Below, piece after piece: positions 1 through 13,534 of a DNA stretch of 64,000 nt. Source of the stretch: Takakia lepidozioides. Taxonomy: Eukaryota > Plantae > Bryophyta. Numbering within the stretch: position 1 is the stretch's first letter; each line of letters opens with the position of its first letter. The notes under the pieces are model-generated. The model was not told the origin of the DNA. It made no database searches and saw only the letters and a list, made by a program, of their open reading frames with translations. Made by a program: the position numbers and the translations under genes. The DNA lies in the NCBI GenBank assembly GCA_030704615.1, contig CM060733.1:33604001-33668000 (forward strand), given 5' to 3'.

Positions 1-2
1 AG

Positions 3-2797
3 GAAGTAAATGCAGTGTGGGCAGGGTTGGGCTACTACAGAAGGGCACGTTTCCTTCTTGAGGTTGTTACTCACTTCTCTCTCTTTTGTGACTATTGGCT
101 TGTATAACTGGTAATGGGCAGTCAAGATCCTCTTGACTGGTGATGAACCAAAGGTTGGCTTGTTGCTCATTTGGCTAGGACAAGCCATTACACAAGTTAT
201 AGGCATCTAGGCTCATGCAAATACAGAGCAATGTGTCTCGATTGGAGGTCAGTCTCCCGCAGGCGTCACGTTTTATTTGTCTTTGGTCACTGGATTTGTT
301 TGCGTAGCTAAGTTCTCAAATAAATGTATGAGCACTGATGAAGTTGGCAGCCAGTTTGGACCTTGTTAATGCATATCTGCGTCTGACAGTCCTCTTTGAA
401 TCTGCCATTTAGTATGAAGGGTTAAACTGGAAAGTTCATTGCCATGCATAGGGGGCAAAACAAATTATGCTGAAACAAGGGGGCCGGTTCCCTCGAACTG
501 TAACAGAGCTGCAGAAAGTACCTGGCATTGGCAGCTACACCGCAGGTGCCATAGCCTCCATTGCTTTCCAGCAGGTCTGGTTCTCTATTCTGTTTCTGTG
601 TTTCACTACCTGGGTCTGATATATCCCTAGGAGACTAAGCTGAAGTAACTCACTTGACTATTTAGCGGAGTGCATACTTGGCACTCTAGTTGCGGTACAA
701 AGTTGGCAATTCCCAGGTCAGTGGTAGAGATCACCGATAGAAAGTGGACCACGGCCACGAGCTGGCCTGGAATTTGACAGGCTCAAGCTTTACTTGGTGC
801 ACCAGTATGCCCCTAGCAGACCTCTCTTGTGACTTAATTTGCTGACAACATTTTAACTATCTCAGGTCGAACATGTAGCTTCATTGACTTTAGCAGATAA
901 TTCCACTAAGGTAGTTGTACTCGAGGAGGATGATTACATGTAGATTAGATGAAGTGTGTTAACCATGGTTAGTCTGAATTGTCGTAACAGTTGACAAGGT
1001 CAAGAATAAGAGTACCTTTTAAGAGTACCAGTACTTGGAATGCAGGCAGTCCCAGTGGTGGATGGCAATGTTATTCGTGTTCTCTGCAGGCTACGAGCCA
1101 TATCTTCTAATCCCAAAGCATCAGATACAGTCAAGCTTTTATGGTAGGCCTTGATCTGCCGGCAATAGTGTTACCGTGCTGCATGCCAAGTAAAAGTTTT
1201 GTTGTAAGAGGCAATTAAAATCCTGCTGGGACCTGTAATTTTGCACACTTTGGAGATCAGTACACATGCTTCTGTATGGATGTCACTTGCCACTGGTCCA
1301 TAGATGCAGAACTGTAACCAGATACCTCAGCAGCCACATTGAAGTTGTGGGAGTGTTTTATCTGCAATGACACAGCCCAACCTAGGGACATATCCAATGA
1401 TGTGTTGTATACTGTCAGTAAGGAGTCGACTTTTTCATAGCCTATTGAGAAATTGACCTCTTCCGCACCCTGTGGTGACTGCAGGGCTCTAGCCACACAG
1501 TTGGTGGATGCAAAGAGGCCTGGAGACCTTAACCAAGCCTTGATGGAACTAGGTGCCGTTGTCTGCACCCCTTCATCACCCTCTTGTTCTTCCTGTCCTA
1601 TTGCAAGCCACTGCAAAGCTCTGGAACTAGTCCGGCAAAACGAAGGAAGCAGCAAGTCAGGGTCCTCCTCTTCCCAGCCAGTAAGTGAAGCTGCTGCAGC
1701 TGTTCTATCGGTAACTTGTTTTCCTGCTAAGGTCATCAAGGCTGCCCCCCGAGAAGAGCATGTGGCGGTATGTGTTCTAGAGATATCCTCCAGTTACAGT
1801 GCACAAGGGCCAAGTTTGAAAAGGGTTGCTAAAAGTGCAGTGAGTGCAGGCTCTTCCTTCCTATTGGTCCAGAGGCCCCAGCAGGGATTGCTGGCAGGCC
1901 TATGGGAGTTCCCTTCTACCCCACTCCAGAATGTGACGGCTACTACCAAGTCACGAAGGACAGCTATGAATGGATATTTGCAAGAGAAGCTAGGGTTGCA
2001 GATTGGGTGTGGAGGGTACCCAGTGGTTGCTCGTGAGGAGTTAGGCAATTATACCCATGTTTTCTCGCATATTCGCCTCCACATGTCCATTGAGTGGCTG
2101 CTGCTTGGTGTTTCTGGTACTCCCCTTCCCCTTGTGTCAGCTGGTTCTTCTGTAGCAAAATTTACTACCTTGTTTGCTAAAGGTATGTGGTTCATAAGGA
2201 GGCGGAGAGATTCTCTTCTTGCTCCAGCCATATACTCCTTAGTTGATGTACACATTGTATTATATGCCAGCTTTGCTTGACCTAGACATCAGTTTCCCTA
2301 GAGCCACTCGGGATTTTGTTTGGACCTATAGTTTCTTAGGGAACTATTTTCCGGCAAGAAAGTCTCACATTCAGCATTCTGATTGTGTCACGCAGATGAG
2401 TCCAAGGATGTGCCAACCACTCCCTCACAAGATGGGGTTGTTGTGAAATGGGTTGATGCACAAAGTGTTGGTAGCCTTGGACTAACAACTGGGGTCAAGA
2501 AGGTTAGACCTCTCCCGTTTGTATCCATTCAAACTGGTCGCTTTATTTGGTACCCCCCATCTAGCTCTAGTTTGTCTTGCTGATTCATCTTCAGGTTGGT
2601 CTCATTTTCACAAACTAGAGTATCCAAGAGTAACTTTGTTGATCGAAGTTGTAGGTTCCTGTAGAGCAGGGTAATGTTTCACATGCTAAGAGCTAATTGT
2701 AGCTTGGTTGAGCAGGTGTACAAGATATTCTCCGAGTTTCGCGAGAGGCAGTGTCCCTCTGTAGTATCAAAGCGCAGAAGCCCGAAATCTAGTTAGA
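3..2797 (+). CDS. MUTYH: Adenine DNA glycosylase MutY/MUTYH; 5' end lies outside the window. Exons ~3-62, 452-574, 1046-1143, 1485-2116, 2396-2502, 2717-2797
   Basis: Spliced translation gives WAGLGYYRRAR, the HhH motif LQKVPGIGSYTAGAIASIAF, VVDGNVIRV, GDLNQALMELGA, the Fe-S motif CTPSSPSCSSCPIASHC and NUDIX-like GLLAGLWEFP / HVFSH. Introns are GT-AG. Confidence 0.95.
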
Positions 2798-2828
2798 CAT
2801 CGAAAGTCTCTGCAGCTCTTTGATTTTG

Positions 2829-3075
2829 TTTTTGGCGAATTTTCGTCAAATGGCGACCTCAGAAAACAAAATAAAATTCTGTCGCAAATTCCCTATGTTT
2901 TCGTGGATGTAATCGCCAAATTTCTCCAAATAAACAATAAATTATAGATGAATTCTCCAAATATGGATGATAAAAGTGGATTGAACTGCGGATATGGATG
3001 ATTCTATCCTAATTTGAATGGATAAACAGCTAATTTTTGCAGAACTCTGTAGCCACTCGTGCTATTTTCCGAATT
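2829..3075. mobile_element. Degenerate hAT-derived MITE, same family as 4674-4931 and the hAT end at ~27250-27521
   Basis: Shares TTGGCGAATTTTCG...TCGCAAATTCC...GGATGAATT...CTCTGTAGCCACTCGTG with the other two copies. Confidence 0.7.
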
Positions 3076-3109
3076 TCAATAAAAAAACGTACAGAGCAGC
3101 TGACAGCGT

Positions 3110-3235
3110 CCAGCCACGTGGCACCGTATATTTCTTGTGTCCTGTCGAGGTGTTGCCACGTGACTAGGTTTATCGGTAGACATGTGCTCGCTGGCAACGC
3201 GTCTGACCGGTTATCACCGGTCGTGGCACGTGCGG
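3110..3235 (+). promoter_or_regulatory. ABRE/G-box cluster with a CE3-like element upstream of the hydrophilic gene
   Basis: GCCACGTGGC (~3113), GCCACGTGAC (~3155), ACGCGTC (~3197) and GGCACGTGCG (~3225), all within 250 bp of the ATG at 3357. Confidence 0.7.
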
Positions 3236-3356
3236 GGCTCTCCAAGTTCGTCTCTCTCCTCGCAGTCGTCTCATCTGTGTTGTTGGTGGTGGAGCTGAGG
3301 GAGGGCAGGCCGACATCGACGCTGTCTCGTTTGTAGAACAGAAACGATCAGGAGCT

Positions 3357-4184
3357 ATGGGGGAGAGGTATAAGGAGAATTTCGATGATTACGACGCCAC
3401 GCCATACCGAGGGGGGTATGATCAAACAAGTGAGTACGGATCTGTGAAGCCCGCCTCAGTGGAGAGTAGCTATGCTGCTGCCGACTACGATCGCGACGAG
3501 GATGATCGCTCTGCCAACTCGTACGGCGCTGAGGTGCGTCCCTATGGCGGAGGACGGTCTTCCAATGAATCTGAGTATGGAGCTAAGCCTAGCTATCATT
3601 CTTCCCACGAGAGTGCAGGCACTGGTCGTGGAAGGCCTGGCTCCTTCGGGCAAGGGAGTGCTGACTCTTATGAGCAGGAGGGAAGGCGTGGCCGGGAGGG
3701 TTATGCCAAACCAGAGCCTGCTTACGGGGAGTCTGCCTACGGTGGTGGCTTCCAGGAGGAGCAGACTCGGCCTAACTATGGTGGTGGTTATGAGGAAGAG
3801 CAGACCGGAAATGACCGCCCTCTGAGGACCTCCAGGCCAAGCTATGGTGAAGGTTATGAAGAGCAGGACAGCGGGTACGAAGGGGCCCTCGGAGGCAGAG
3901 GGAGGGGTCATCATGCGCCCCATGAAGAGAGCTACGAAGGCCGTCGCGAGCAGGGATATGGTGGAAGAAGGGGGTTCGGCGATGAGGAGGGAGTACCTCG
4001 CTTTGGCGTGCCCCCCGAAGAGAGCTACGAAGGCCGTCGCGAGCAGGGATACGGTGGCAGAAGGGAGGTCCGCGATGAGGAGGAAGTACCTGGCTTTGGC
4101 CAGCCTACGTACAGGCAGGAGCCTCGGTTCGGTGACGAGGAGCGTCCTCGCCAACAGCATCGACACCGTAGTGAATGGGAATAG
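3357..4184 (+). CDS. Gly/Glu/Arg/Tyr-rich disordered protein, At5g39570/PLDrp1-like (hydrophilin-type), 275 aa
   Basis: Single-exon ORF. N-terminal NFDDYDATPYRGGYD resembles the family motif DFDEYDPTPYxGGYD. The rest is YG/EE-rich repeats, including EESYEGRREQGYGGRR twice. Confidence 0.8.
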   Translation: MGERYKENFDDYDATPYRGGYDQTSEYGSVKPASVESSYAAADYDRDEDDRSANSYGAEVRPYGGGRSSNESEYGAKPSYHSSHESAGTGRGRPGSFGQGSADSYEQEGRRGREGYAKPEPAYGESAYGGGFQEEQTRPNYGGGYEEEQTGNDRPLRTSRPSYGEGYEEQDSGYEGALGGRGRGHHAPHEESYEGRREQGYGGRRGFGDEEGVPRFGVPPEESYEGRREQGYGGRREVRDEEEVPGFGQPTYRQEPRFGDEERPRQQHRHRSEWE

Positions 4185-4673
4185 GTGAGATTGATAGGTA
4201 TTTGGGGCCTTTGATCTTTCTTCTTTGCTAACGGCAGAGAGAAGAGATGGCAGAGGAATTCTTTTCTTACATGGGATTATTCTCTTTCGTCTCACGAGGG
4301 AAATGTTGGCCTCATCTCGCAACTGCTCACTTGTTTTCTGTGTAATTGAACATTGTGTATCTTGAAATTTTCGATTACCTTTCTTTTCTCACTTCATGTG
4401 GTAGACAAACAATATAGCATTGCATTTCATTCGAGCAATCTTTTGGCACTATGGGTAGTGGAAATCCCATCTCCGATATGCATTTATGGTAGGATCGAAC
4501 TTATGAATATGAGAATGGCTTCTCATACTATCACTCTCTGAGTAGCGCGCCATCCCCGCCCTCGCACCAATATCTGGAACAAATAATAGAACCGTGCTCT
4601 TCTTCTTTCCCGCCTGGAAGCTGCTTTGGAAAGATGTTTGTCATAGTGACAGGGCCACTAAGGTCAGCGGCGC

Positions 4674-4931
4674 CAGCGTTTTTTTTATTGGCGAATTTTC
4701 GCCAGATTTCGACATCATAAAATAAAATAAAATATTCTATCGCAAATTCCTAGTTTTTTCATGGATGAAAGCACCAAATTTTTCCAAATAAAAAATAAAT
4801 TATGGATGAATTCGTCAAATAAAGATGATATAAATGGATGGAAGTACGTAAATAGATGAAATAAAGTGGATGAACAGAATATATCGCAATTTTTTTGCAA
4901 AACTCTGTAGCCACTCGTGCTAAGAACACTG
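4674..4931. mobile_element. hAT-family MITE
   Basis: Terminal inverted repeats CCAGCGTTTT...AAGAACACTGG. Flanks are GTCAGC(GGC)GC and GTCAGCGC, an imperfect 8-bp TSD. Homologous to the end of the hAT remnant. Confidence 0.75.
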
Positions 4932-5517
4932 GTCAGCGCTGTTTTATGGAATCTAGTCAACCGCATTCTTCCAGGGAAAAAATAAAAACAAAAAACCAAA
5001 ACAAAACCAAGAAGAAACTAAAACAAACTAAAACAAATTAATAAATAAATAAAATTTGCCCTATAAGTTATCCTTCATTCTGATGTTGGGACGTTGGGAC
5101 TTGGGACATCCCCCCACGTGGCTCCGCCCGGGCCGAGAGGCCGGGTCTCATACTTGTATTGGCCCGGCCCGGCCCGGCTCTACCTTGGCGTTATCTCAGA
5201 GAAAAGAAAGAACTGTGCGAGGTTGCAAGTGCGCGGTTCGGTCGAAGGCTTGGAAGGCTGCGAGATTGCACAGCTCCTGAATGTCACTGAAAGATATCCA
5301 GGATTGAAAGCCATTATTTCCTGAAGATTTCATATCCTGGAGAAAGAAGAAGAAGAAGAAGAAGATTTGAGAAACAAGAACGAAAGAAAGAAGGAAACTT
5401 ACGACTTTCAGGGGGACGGGCCCGTCTGAGAGAATTCACGGCTTTGCAAGTGACTTATCTGCGAGATACTGAAGCTTGTGGGAGTAGTCTTTCTGATTTC
5501 CGTCGATATTTCTGAAC

Positions 5518-8309
5518 ATGGCGGCATCTGCTTTGTCTTCCTCATACCTGAGGCCTGCCCCGTCTATAGTTTCTGTGCTTCAGAATGCCAAGCAATGCAG
5601 AGACCAGGTGAAAAAAAGTTCACATGCCTTTGGTTCGTTAGACTCCAGAGTGACAGCCATGGTCGGTGTAGCAAGCTCACGTATTTGTTCCAATTCTTGT
5701 GAAAGGCATTCTCCATCGGCGCTTGTTGGAGACGCGGTCAAATGGGAGCAGAGGAACGTAGACTGTTGGAGGAAGCGGGCCAGGAGAGGAATATGTGCAC
5801 AGGCTGCACTTTTGGAGACTGCTGAATCTTCCAAGGTGACAATCGGAGCACGCTGTTGCATTCTTTTTCAACCTGTTACGTTCAGATCAAGAAGCAAATT
5901 TGTTCTTGTTGGCCATTCTTTGCAGCCATGGGTGAAGTCTTTGTATGAGCATTGTCAAGTGGAATTTGGAGATGAAAGCGGTGACCTATGCGCATTTTCC
6001 AGAGATTGAGTTTATGTCTTTAGTGGTGCACTCTTTCATCCAGAAACACTTGGCAAGTGTTGCAATTGAGATGTTCAAGACGTAATCTGACTGTGTCTAG
6101 TGATTTACACGCCAAACGTCTTGCAGGTTTGTGTATGAAAATTATTCTTGCTTGATACTTCTTCTTCCTTTAATAGCAATTTCCCTGTGCTATATTGCTT
6201 CTCAAAGTAAGGGGACCAGTTGATCATAGATATTCGCAGTACCCGTTCTTGAATCGGATGCCACAGGAAAGCACCATCCAAAGATAGTCCTAACAGCATG
6301 GCTTTCCACCAAGCAAGCTGGAGAGTTCATAGTAAGAACTTTGAAGTTTGGAATAGTCTGGTTTTAAGATTATGAACATCCACTTGTTATTTCTGTACGT
6401 GCAGCTGCAGACAGGAACATGGACTTGGACCAATGAAGGTCGGCCTCTCAATATCCACTACATGGAGCAGTCTGCAGGCGAAGGGCCCTCACAAACTCTC
6501 TTGCTCCTCCCAAGTCTTTCGGATGTCAGCACGACAGATGAGTGGCGAGCCGTCGCTGAGGACCTGGTGTCACAATCAGGGTCTGTGAGGTGTCGAGCTG
6601 TTGTTGTGGATTGGCCTGGGCTTGGATTGTCAGACCGACCTGCAATTGAGTACACTGTGCAGGTCCTGGAGCATTTTCTGGTTGATTTTGTGTCTGCCAG
6701 TGATGGGCCTCTCAAGCTTGCTTCAGGTTCGCAGCTGTGTATCCCCTTATAACATGAGGATTCTTGAAGGCTAGTGTTACTCCAAAACAATGAAATGTGC
6801 AAATTGGAGATTGTCAATTCAAGGCCAGACCTCATGCAGGCAGTGCTGTACCTTTGCCAATAAAAAGCTTTTTTTACTAGGTTTGATACAACTCCAATTC
6901 CTCTTACAATTTTTTAAGTCCAACTGCAACTGTTGATAGAACAAGCAAGCTGGTAAAGCATCTGTGGTCTACTCCATGCAATCATCCCAATTCAAAGGGC
7001 CAGATTGTAGTCGAACACTGGATGGATTAATAAGCAAACTCTTTTTATTTCACTTAACTGAAAGACCACGCTTCTTGGCTTTCATTCCCTTCTGTGATGA
7101 TTTTATATGCTTTTACTTTTTCTCTGCTAAATGTATGGCATTGTAGTCATGGCCCTGGTCTACTGCCGAGAACTTATTTCTCTGAAAAGGTTTCTCTCTC
7201 TCTCCACTCTAGATCCAAGAAACTTGCCATCACCATAGACTTCTGGGCATGTACACGTCCTGTGTTGAAGGAGTAACAACTGCATCTGCAATGTTTATTG
7301 CTTTCTATGAAATTCTGTCAAAGATGTGTCATTGGCCTGCAGGGGAGGCCCCAGTGATAATAGGAGGGGGTCATGCCGCAAGCATAGCAGCAAAAGCAGT
7401 GAGCAGTGGGGCTATCAAGGCACGTGCTTTGGTTCTGGTTGCACCCACATGGGCTGGGCCCCTGCCCATTGTGTTTGGCCGAAGCCCCAGGGCAGAGATC
7501 ATGTATGGCCCCTCATATAAATCCTAGCTTTTTTGTGCAATGGGATGTGTGAGACAGAACAAAGCAGAATTGGAAGGTCATTGGTTGAAAATATTTTGAT
7601 CCTGTCGTCGTACATCTTCAGTTTATCTGACTCTATATACTAGTGGAAGCATGGAATCAGGCAATGTACCTAACAGGAGAAAGCTGACAACTGCCGCTCA
7701 CAGAGAACAAACATAGGAAATGGCCAAAGACGTCTGGAGACATGGATAGATGAGAGGAGTGATGAGAGTTTTGGGGCCGTGAAACGAATGCAGTTCATGT
7801 ATTAGAGGGAGTCCATGTGTTGCTAACAAGTACAGGGGAATTTCATTGGGGGCAGATATGGGCTCTTGCGGAACACACTGAGATCCCCGGGCGTTGGGTG
7901 GGCTATGTACAAGTACCTGGTGAGCAGCCCCAAAAACATACGCCTACAGTACTTAACCCATGTATATGCCGATGCTGACAATGTGACACCTGCCGTTGTG
8001 GAGAACCGGACTGCGTTAACTCAGAGAGAGGGTGCTCGCTATGCACCTGCAGCATTTCTCACAGGGTTACTCGATCCTGTGCAATCACGGGAAGAGTTTT
8101 TGTCACTGTTTGCTGAGTTGGAAGGTAAGCTGCCTGTTCTTGTTCTTTCTACCAGTAAGAGCCCACGACGATCACGTGCAGAGATGGAGGCCCTGAACGA
8201 GGCCAAGGGGGTCACCAAGTATGTGAGACTCCGAGGAGCACTACTTCCCCAGGAGGAATACCCGGAAGATGTCTTTCGTGAACTCCAAGTGTTTCTCAAG
8301 GAGTTGTAA
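5518..8309 (+). CDS. Plastid-targeted alpha/beta-hydrolase (At1g74640-like). Exons 5518-5835, 6405-6726, 7343-7502, 7856-8309
   Basis: Ser/Ala-rich transit-like N-terminus, then LPSLSDVSTTDEW, DWPGLGLSDRP, GGGHAA, APTWAGPLPIVFG, ARYAPAAFLTGLLDPV and GALLPQEEYP. GT-AG introns are phase-consistent. Confidence 0.9.
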
Positions 8310-8445
8310 AACTCAAAATGGGTCGTTAGATCCGATGGGAAAACACTAGCATCATACAGCAGAAGGATTGGTGCTTAATGCTGTATTGATTTGTATCTTT
8401 GTTCAATATGTACAATCAGATTCAGTCTGTAGATTGAGTGATAAT

Positions 8446-9650
8446 TCATAGCAAGCCATTAGTGAGGGATGCCCAGTGTGGACAAGCAATGCAAGGTGTT
8501 TGCTGCATAAACTTTCTGATATTTGTAGTAGTCAGATCAGCCATAGTAGAAACCGCACTGCTTCTTGAGCGACCATACCCTGTAGAAATTGCTGCACTTA
8601 CCATTGGATGCCTTTGTATCAGGTATCTAAACCCGTGGGGCATCAAGTCACATGAACAAGGTTGGAAAAATCTCTGGTCTTTTCTCTGTAACTGAAAAAA
8701 GGCATATCTGTGTAGAAAGCTTCCATTGACCCCTAATGTCCTAAAGAGATTCCGGCAAAAATCTTCAGATTCATGATCCAAGATCATCTCTCTGGCCATA
8801 TCTTTCCGATTTCTTTGATCTATGGATTTGACCTATTGAATTATTTTGCGAACTACATTTTCACAGCGTTTCACCTATTGGATCTCAAGATCATAACTTT
8901 TTGTGAGCTGTAACTTGGAATTCAGATTAGGCATGCGGCCCACCAATGTAACTTTGAATGCATCACGTGGAAAGCTCAACGGAGGTATGCCAAACTCGGC
9001 TGAACAGGCAGCCACATTAGAACGTCTTTTTAGTGTTCACCTTTCCACACGATGCATCTTTCAATATCTGACCATAAGGAAAAGAACTCACGTGCTGAGG
9101 CAAGTGTGATAGTGCGCATTCCATTTCAACAACATGGTTCCTAAAGGGACCAGTGTACATTAAATCTCTCGCCCTAAAGATGATAGCATCAGTTCCCGCA
9201 AAGTTTGAGTGACAGATCTCATGTGCCATCTGCTATCCAGAGTACTGGTATCCAGAGCATACGATTATACTGTAGGGTAAGGACTGAGGAAATTCGTCCA
9301 GTTCACTTCTGCTTTCTTGATAGCACGCAAGCGCGTTCTCACAGTGGGTGCGATGCAGCCACCAGCCTCCTCAAGTAGGGAAAGCGGCAGGATGTCGAAT
9401 GGGTCCCTCAACTTTACTCATATCCTACCCCCAAACCTGAAATGTCTGTGTGACACAGGGTTAAGGGACCCATCGTCATCTCCCCATAGCTGGTTGGCAG
9501 TCATGCTACCCATTTGCAGCCGAAAGTGAGTCTGGCAACACTTGCTCTTTGATCCTGCTGCATTACAGTTGAAGATGGCGAATACCAGCTCAGAGGTACA
9601 AAGTATTGACATGACACAGCTTCTATGGGTACCTGATTCACTTTACTTCT
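8446..9650 (-). pseudogene. Degraded coding-like region, possibly an F-box gene remnant
   Basis: Minus-strand RDPFDILPLSLLEEAGGCIAPTVRTRLRAIKKAEVNW (~9300-9415) resembles an F-box. Many stops surround it. Confidence 0.3.
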
Positions 9651-11575
9651 TAAGGCTGATTGTTTTGGACTTGGGTCCAAACTGGGTTAGGGAAGTCAGG
9701 ACTATTCATCTGCAGAGGTTTAGTGTTTGTCCTAAGCCTAACATCCGAAACAGGTTCATCATTAGCAGACTGCAGTTCAAGCATTTGAGGGTGGATTGAT
9801 GTATCTGGCAGGTGGATGCTGTACATGGAAAGAATAGGAACCGTGTTCCAGGGGACACGTGATCTACATGGTGAAGGCAAGGCAGACGTGCAGATAAGCC
9901 CTAGAACTGCGGCAGGAGGTTAAAAACAGCGCACAGTTGAACACCACCACCGGGACACATCACAACAACTGCCCAACAGGAACCTCAGCATTTCCAGACA
10001 ACGCAAACGCAAAGCTCTTCAGAACAGATCAATTGGTGTTTGAAAGGCTTTCATTGTTGCCCTCAAGAAGCGATGTTCATCATAAGAAGCAGAACGCAGA
10101 CAGAAGGACATCAGAGAGGATCGCTGTAAAAAAGTTTCAAAGCAGTCGCAGTCGAGATGAAACCGCCTCCAGGTGCCTGATCTCAGGTGCTCCAGGACTC
10201 TACTTCTCCCAGGCCCAGAGTGATTCTAAACAATGCAGGACAAGATTCTAAGAGGCAGGTCTGTAATAACCCCACAAACAGAGATGCCAAAAAACGTTCT
10301 GCCGCCGAAGCGAGCCCAGACACAAATGGCAGTGATACAACTCTGGACAGGAGGGTTTAAATATATTGCGTGACTGCGGGTCTGAACCCTAAAATCTCCG
10401 GCTGCAAAGAGTTGCAGCCTAGATGTATGCACGGCAATTAACGTTACTTCTGACCACTAGGTTTTGTATCGATCAATTCAAATTATTTTGAGTTCCCAGG
10501 TACTGTATTCAAAGTTCTGGGAATTTCCTGGAGGAGGGTGCAAACCTTTGGAGATTCGGGCGCCATCTGTCGCATGGCGTTCAGGACTCTGGGTTTAGGT
10601 CCACTCTTCAACAGCTGCTCTTGCATAGGTGTTGTGAGGATTGCAGATACAGATACCTGCTCTTCCTTAGCCATTCACATGAGTGGAGGTCGTCAAGCCA
10701 TGTGTAGTAATGTCGGGCTCTCCACGCCTCGGTGCTCTCCTTGGTGTCTGTGTAGGGTTTCTGGTTGAATTGCATGCTTGCTATTTCGATCACTACAGAA
10801 GGCGGGTGAGGCATGCCACTATAAAACAAACGTGTCATCCCGTGTCACTTTTCCGATTCCTCTCTGATTTCTATGACGGTGAGGAGGTTGTAGGCGGAGA
10901 TTAGCAGGAAGGAAACGCGTGGGGGAACAACCAAGAGGAGTTGCATCTGATTTACATGTGAATTCTATTCACCAAATCCCTCATTATAATTTTGAGCGAT
11001 GGCCCTTTCTGTTGGAATGGTTGGTGCACTATCATGTTTGACATTGGAGATCCTACGATGATGACCCGATGCAATTTACTTTCTATCTGTCCAACCTTCC
11101 AAAGACACTTGGACTGTTCCGTAAGCCCAACAATCCACTATTTCAAGTTCAATTTCAATCAAAGAGGTGGAAATGGTTTCTGTTTTATCAAAGAGGCCCC
11201 ACTGTGCTCGTCCTACAGGCATTGGCGAACATTTTATGTGAAGCAAGAATTATCCACAGCTCCATCTGATCTCATTTCAAACACAGAATTTTGTTAACCA
11301 CTGTTGCATGAGACAACGAACCAAATCAGAGTGTACAACAGAATTTCATGCAGAAGTCAAGATTTGATAAGCATACAGACAGACTGCAACAACAGCTAAA
11401 ATAGAACAGCTTCTTTTCCCTCGGGAAGAAATGATATGGAGGACAAGTGAAGGAGCAAGGTCTGGAGATCCCTCTGCAAAATTGTCACTGGAGCGGGGAG
11501 CATACTAGCCTAGCAAAATCAATTTCCAGCACCAGGTCCATAAACATTGAATTAAGAGAGGGACAAGCCCGACAT

Positions 11576-13075
11576 CTAGAAAGCTTCATAACATATTGCC
11601 TCCAGCTTGGCCATGTCTGGTTCAAAAAGCCCAATCACCACATCAATACTTCCGTCTTGCGTGTATGAAGGAATCAATATTGCCAGACCCTCCATTGGAA
11701 TCGTAGGGGGTCCTGCAAAGGTGGGAGTTCCCCACCCAAAGTCCAGCTTGTACAGCGGCAGCTGCACCCAGCTGGTGACAATCATATTTGGGCTCTTGAA
11801 ATTGAGGCAGGGTTCTTCCTCTGAACTTCCAAAAAATCAACAGCTGAACGCATGTACTCAGTGTCTATTCGACTTTCAAAAGCTGTGTAGAACCCCCACT
11901 GGTCATTCTCCTTTATGGCTTGGCTCTTGATTTTTTTCAACGTCTCTGGATCAAAGTGAAGCTTCTTCCTTGACAAAGGGGGGTACGTAGGTGGTACCTC
12001 TGCTTCAGGCTTTGGTGGGGGTCGTTTGTACTCAATGTGATCAAATGTTGGAGTTGGGGGGTCTCTAGGCGTCAATGGTGTGCGATCACGGAGGGGAGGT
12101 GAGAAAGGAAGTCCCTTGCAGGCAGCTGCCCATGCATCCATGAAGTAGCTAGCAGCCACTCCATCTGCCACTTGGTGGTGACGTGCAACTCCCAATGTCA
12201 TCCCTCCACATTTGTACTTGGTGACCACGGCAAGTAACGTCACAGTACTTTTGAGATCCGCAACTACTAGGCTATGAAGACAGAAACCGTCTCCCTCTGA
12301 TGTCTTTCATGAATTGTGAGGAGGCCTGGACAGCTAAAAACGAACGATCTCCACTCAAATGGAAGTTGAGAGTTCCGTTCCATGGCTACAAGATAGCACC
12401 CAAACATCGTGGCATGTACTCCATACTTGCAAAGTCTGAAAGAAAAAACCCCTTGATCAATGTTCAGTGGAATGCAGGGCTCTCAATGTGCCATATACTA
12501 ACAAAGGATTCAGTTCTGGGCTTTCTCTCTGACTGGAGTTGAAAATGTAGCATCCTTTCAATAATACCAGCAACTTGGAGTCAACTATGGAGTACAACTT
12601 AACTGGCGGGAGCGTTTAAACAGAAGGGTCCTTATTCACAAGCCATACCAAGAAAACAAAATTTTCATCTCATTACTCAAGTACCAGGTGAAGGAACAGA
12701 GTACCACCTGGATAAGAAGCAGCTCCTCGACTCTCCGGTTGGGGGGCACCATGTCAAGCAAAATGGGAGATGGATTGAAGGGAAAGATGTCCGTCAAAAA
12801 TCCATCTGCCTCAGCTTCAATAAACACAGCACCTGCATCATTCAGATCGAAGGCGGGCCGACCCGTCTCATCTTTTCCGAGACGACCGGCCCACTCCCTG
12901 TACTCATCCAATGTTTTAGCTAGACCGTCTTCCAGAACGGACGCAGGGGGCGTCGGGGCATCAAAGGCATAGATCACTTGCACAATTACACTGGCAGTTG
13001 CCAAATCCACAATGCCCAGAGGCAGCAGGGTCCGAGGACCGGCCCCCAGGGCTCGGTTTCAAGGCTGATTTTTGC
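11576..13075 (-). pseudogene. BAHD acyltransferase (HCT-like) pseudogene
   Basis: Has HHQVADG (HxxxD), DFGWG and YREWAGRL. The conserved Q-intron (~12226-12708) lacks its AG acceptor. There is an internal deletion at TAFES|RIDTEY, frameshifts, and no start codon before ~13077. Confidence 0.88.
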
Positions 13076-13534
13076 ACCTGTCACAAGGCATTTGACAGCC
13101 AGAAAAAGGCAAAAAAAAATCTGCCGGTCAAAAGAAAGGCATTGAGAGAAAAAAATGCCTGTCACAGTGAAAGTAAAAAAAAAAAAAAAGCCTGTCAAAA
13201 GAAAGGCAGAAATTTTTGATAATTAGGGGTAATTTTATTACTAAGTCCACCCAGGAGAGGCTCACAAAGCCTGACAGGTACAAATTATGAATAGAGAATC
13301 TGCAAGAGATTACTGATAGTTATTAGCAATTTTATTCATAAGTCCACCTAGGAGAGGCTAAAAAAATTACAAATTGTTAGTAGTTATTGTTAATCTTACT
13401 AGGGGAGCCTCACCAAGGCCAACTGCCCTTCTTTGTGTTTCAAGCCTTAAAACCTCTAGGCTCTCCCTCTTTGTTTCATGTGCGTGCTCCAGCCTCCATT
13501 CTTAGGTTTTTTTTTGTTTGTTTTTTTTTTACAA

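Noticed and set aside
3456-4322. 288-aa antisense ORF
   Set aside because: It is the shadow of the repetitive, biased sense ORF at 3357-4184.
11576-13075. Functional HCT gene
   Set aside because: It has a lost splice acceptor, an internal deletion, frameshifts and no start codon.
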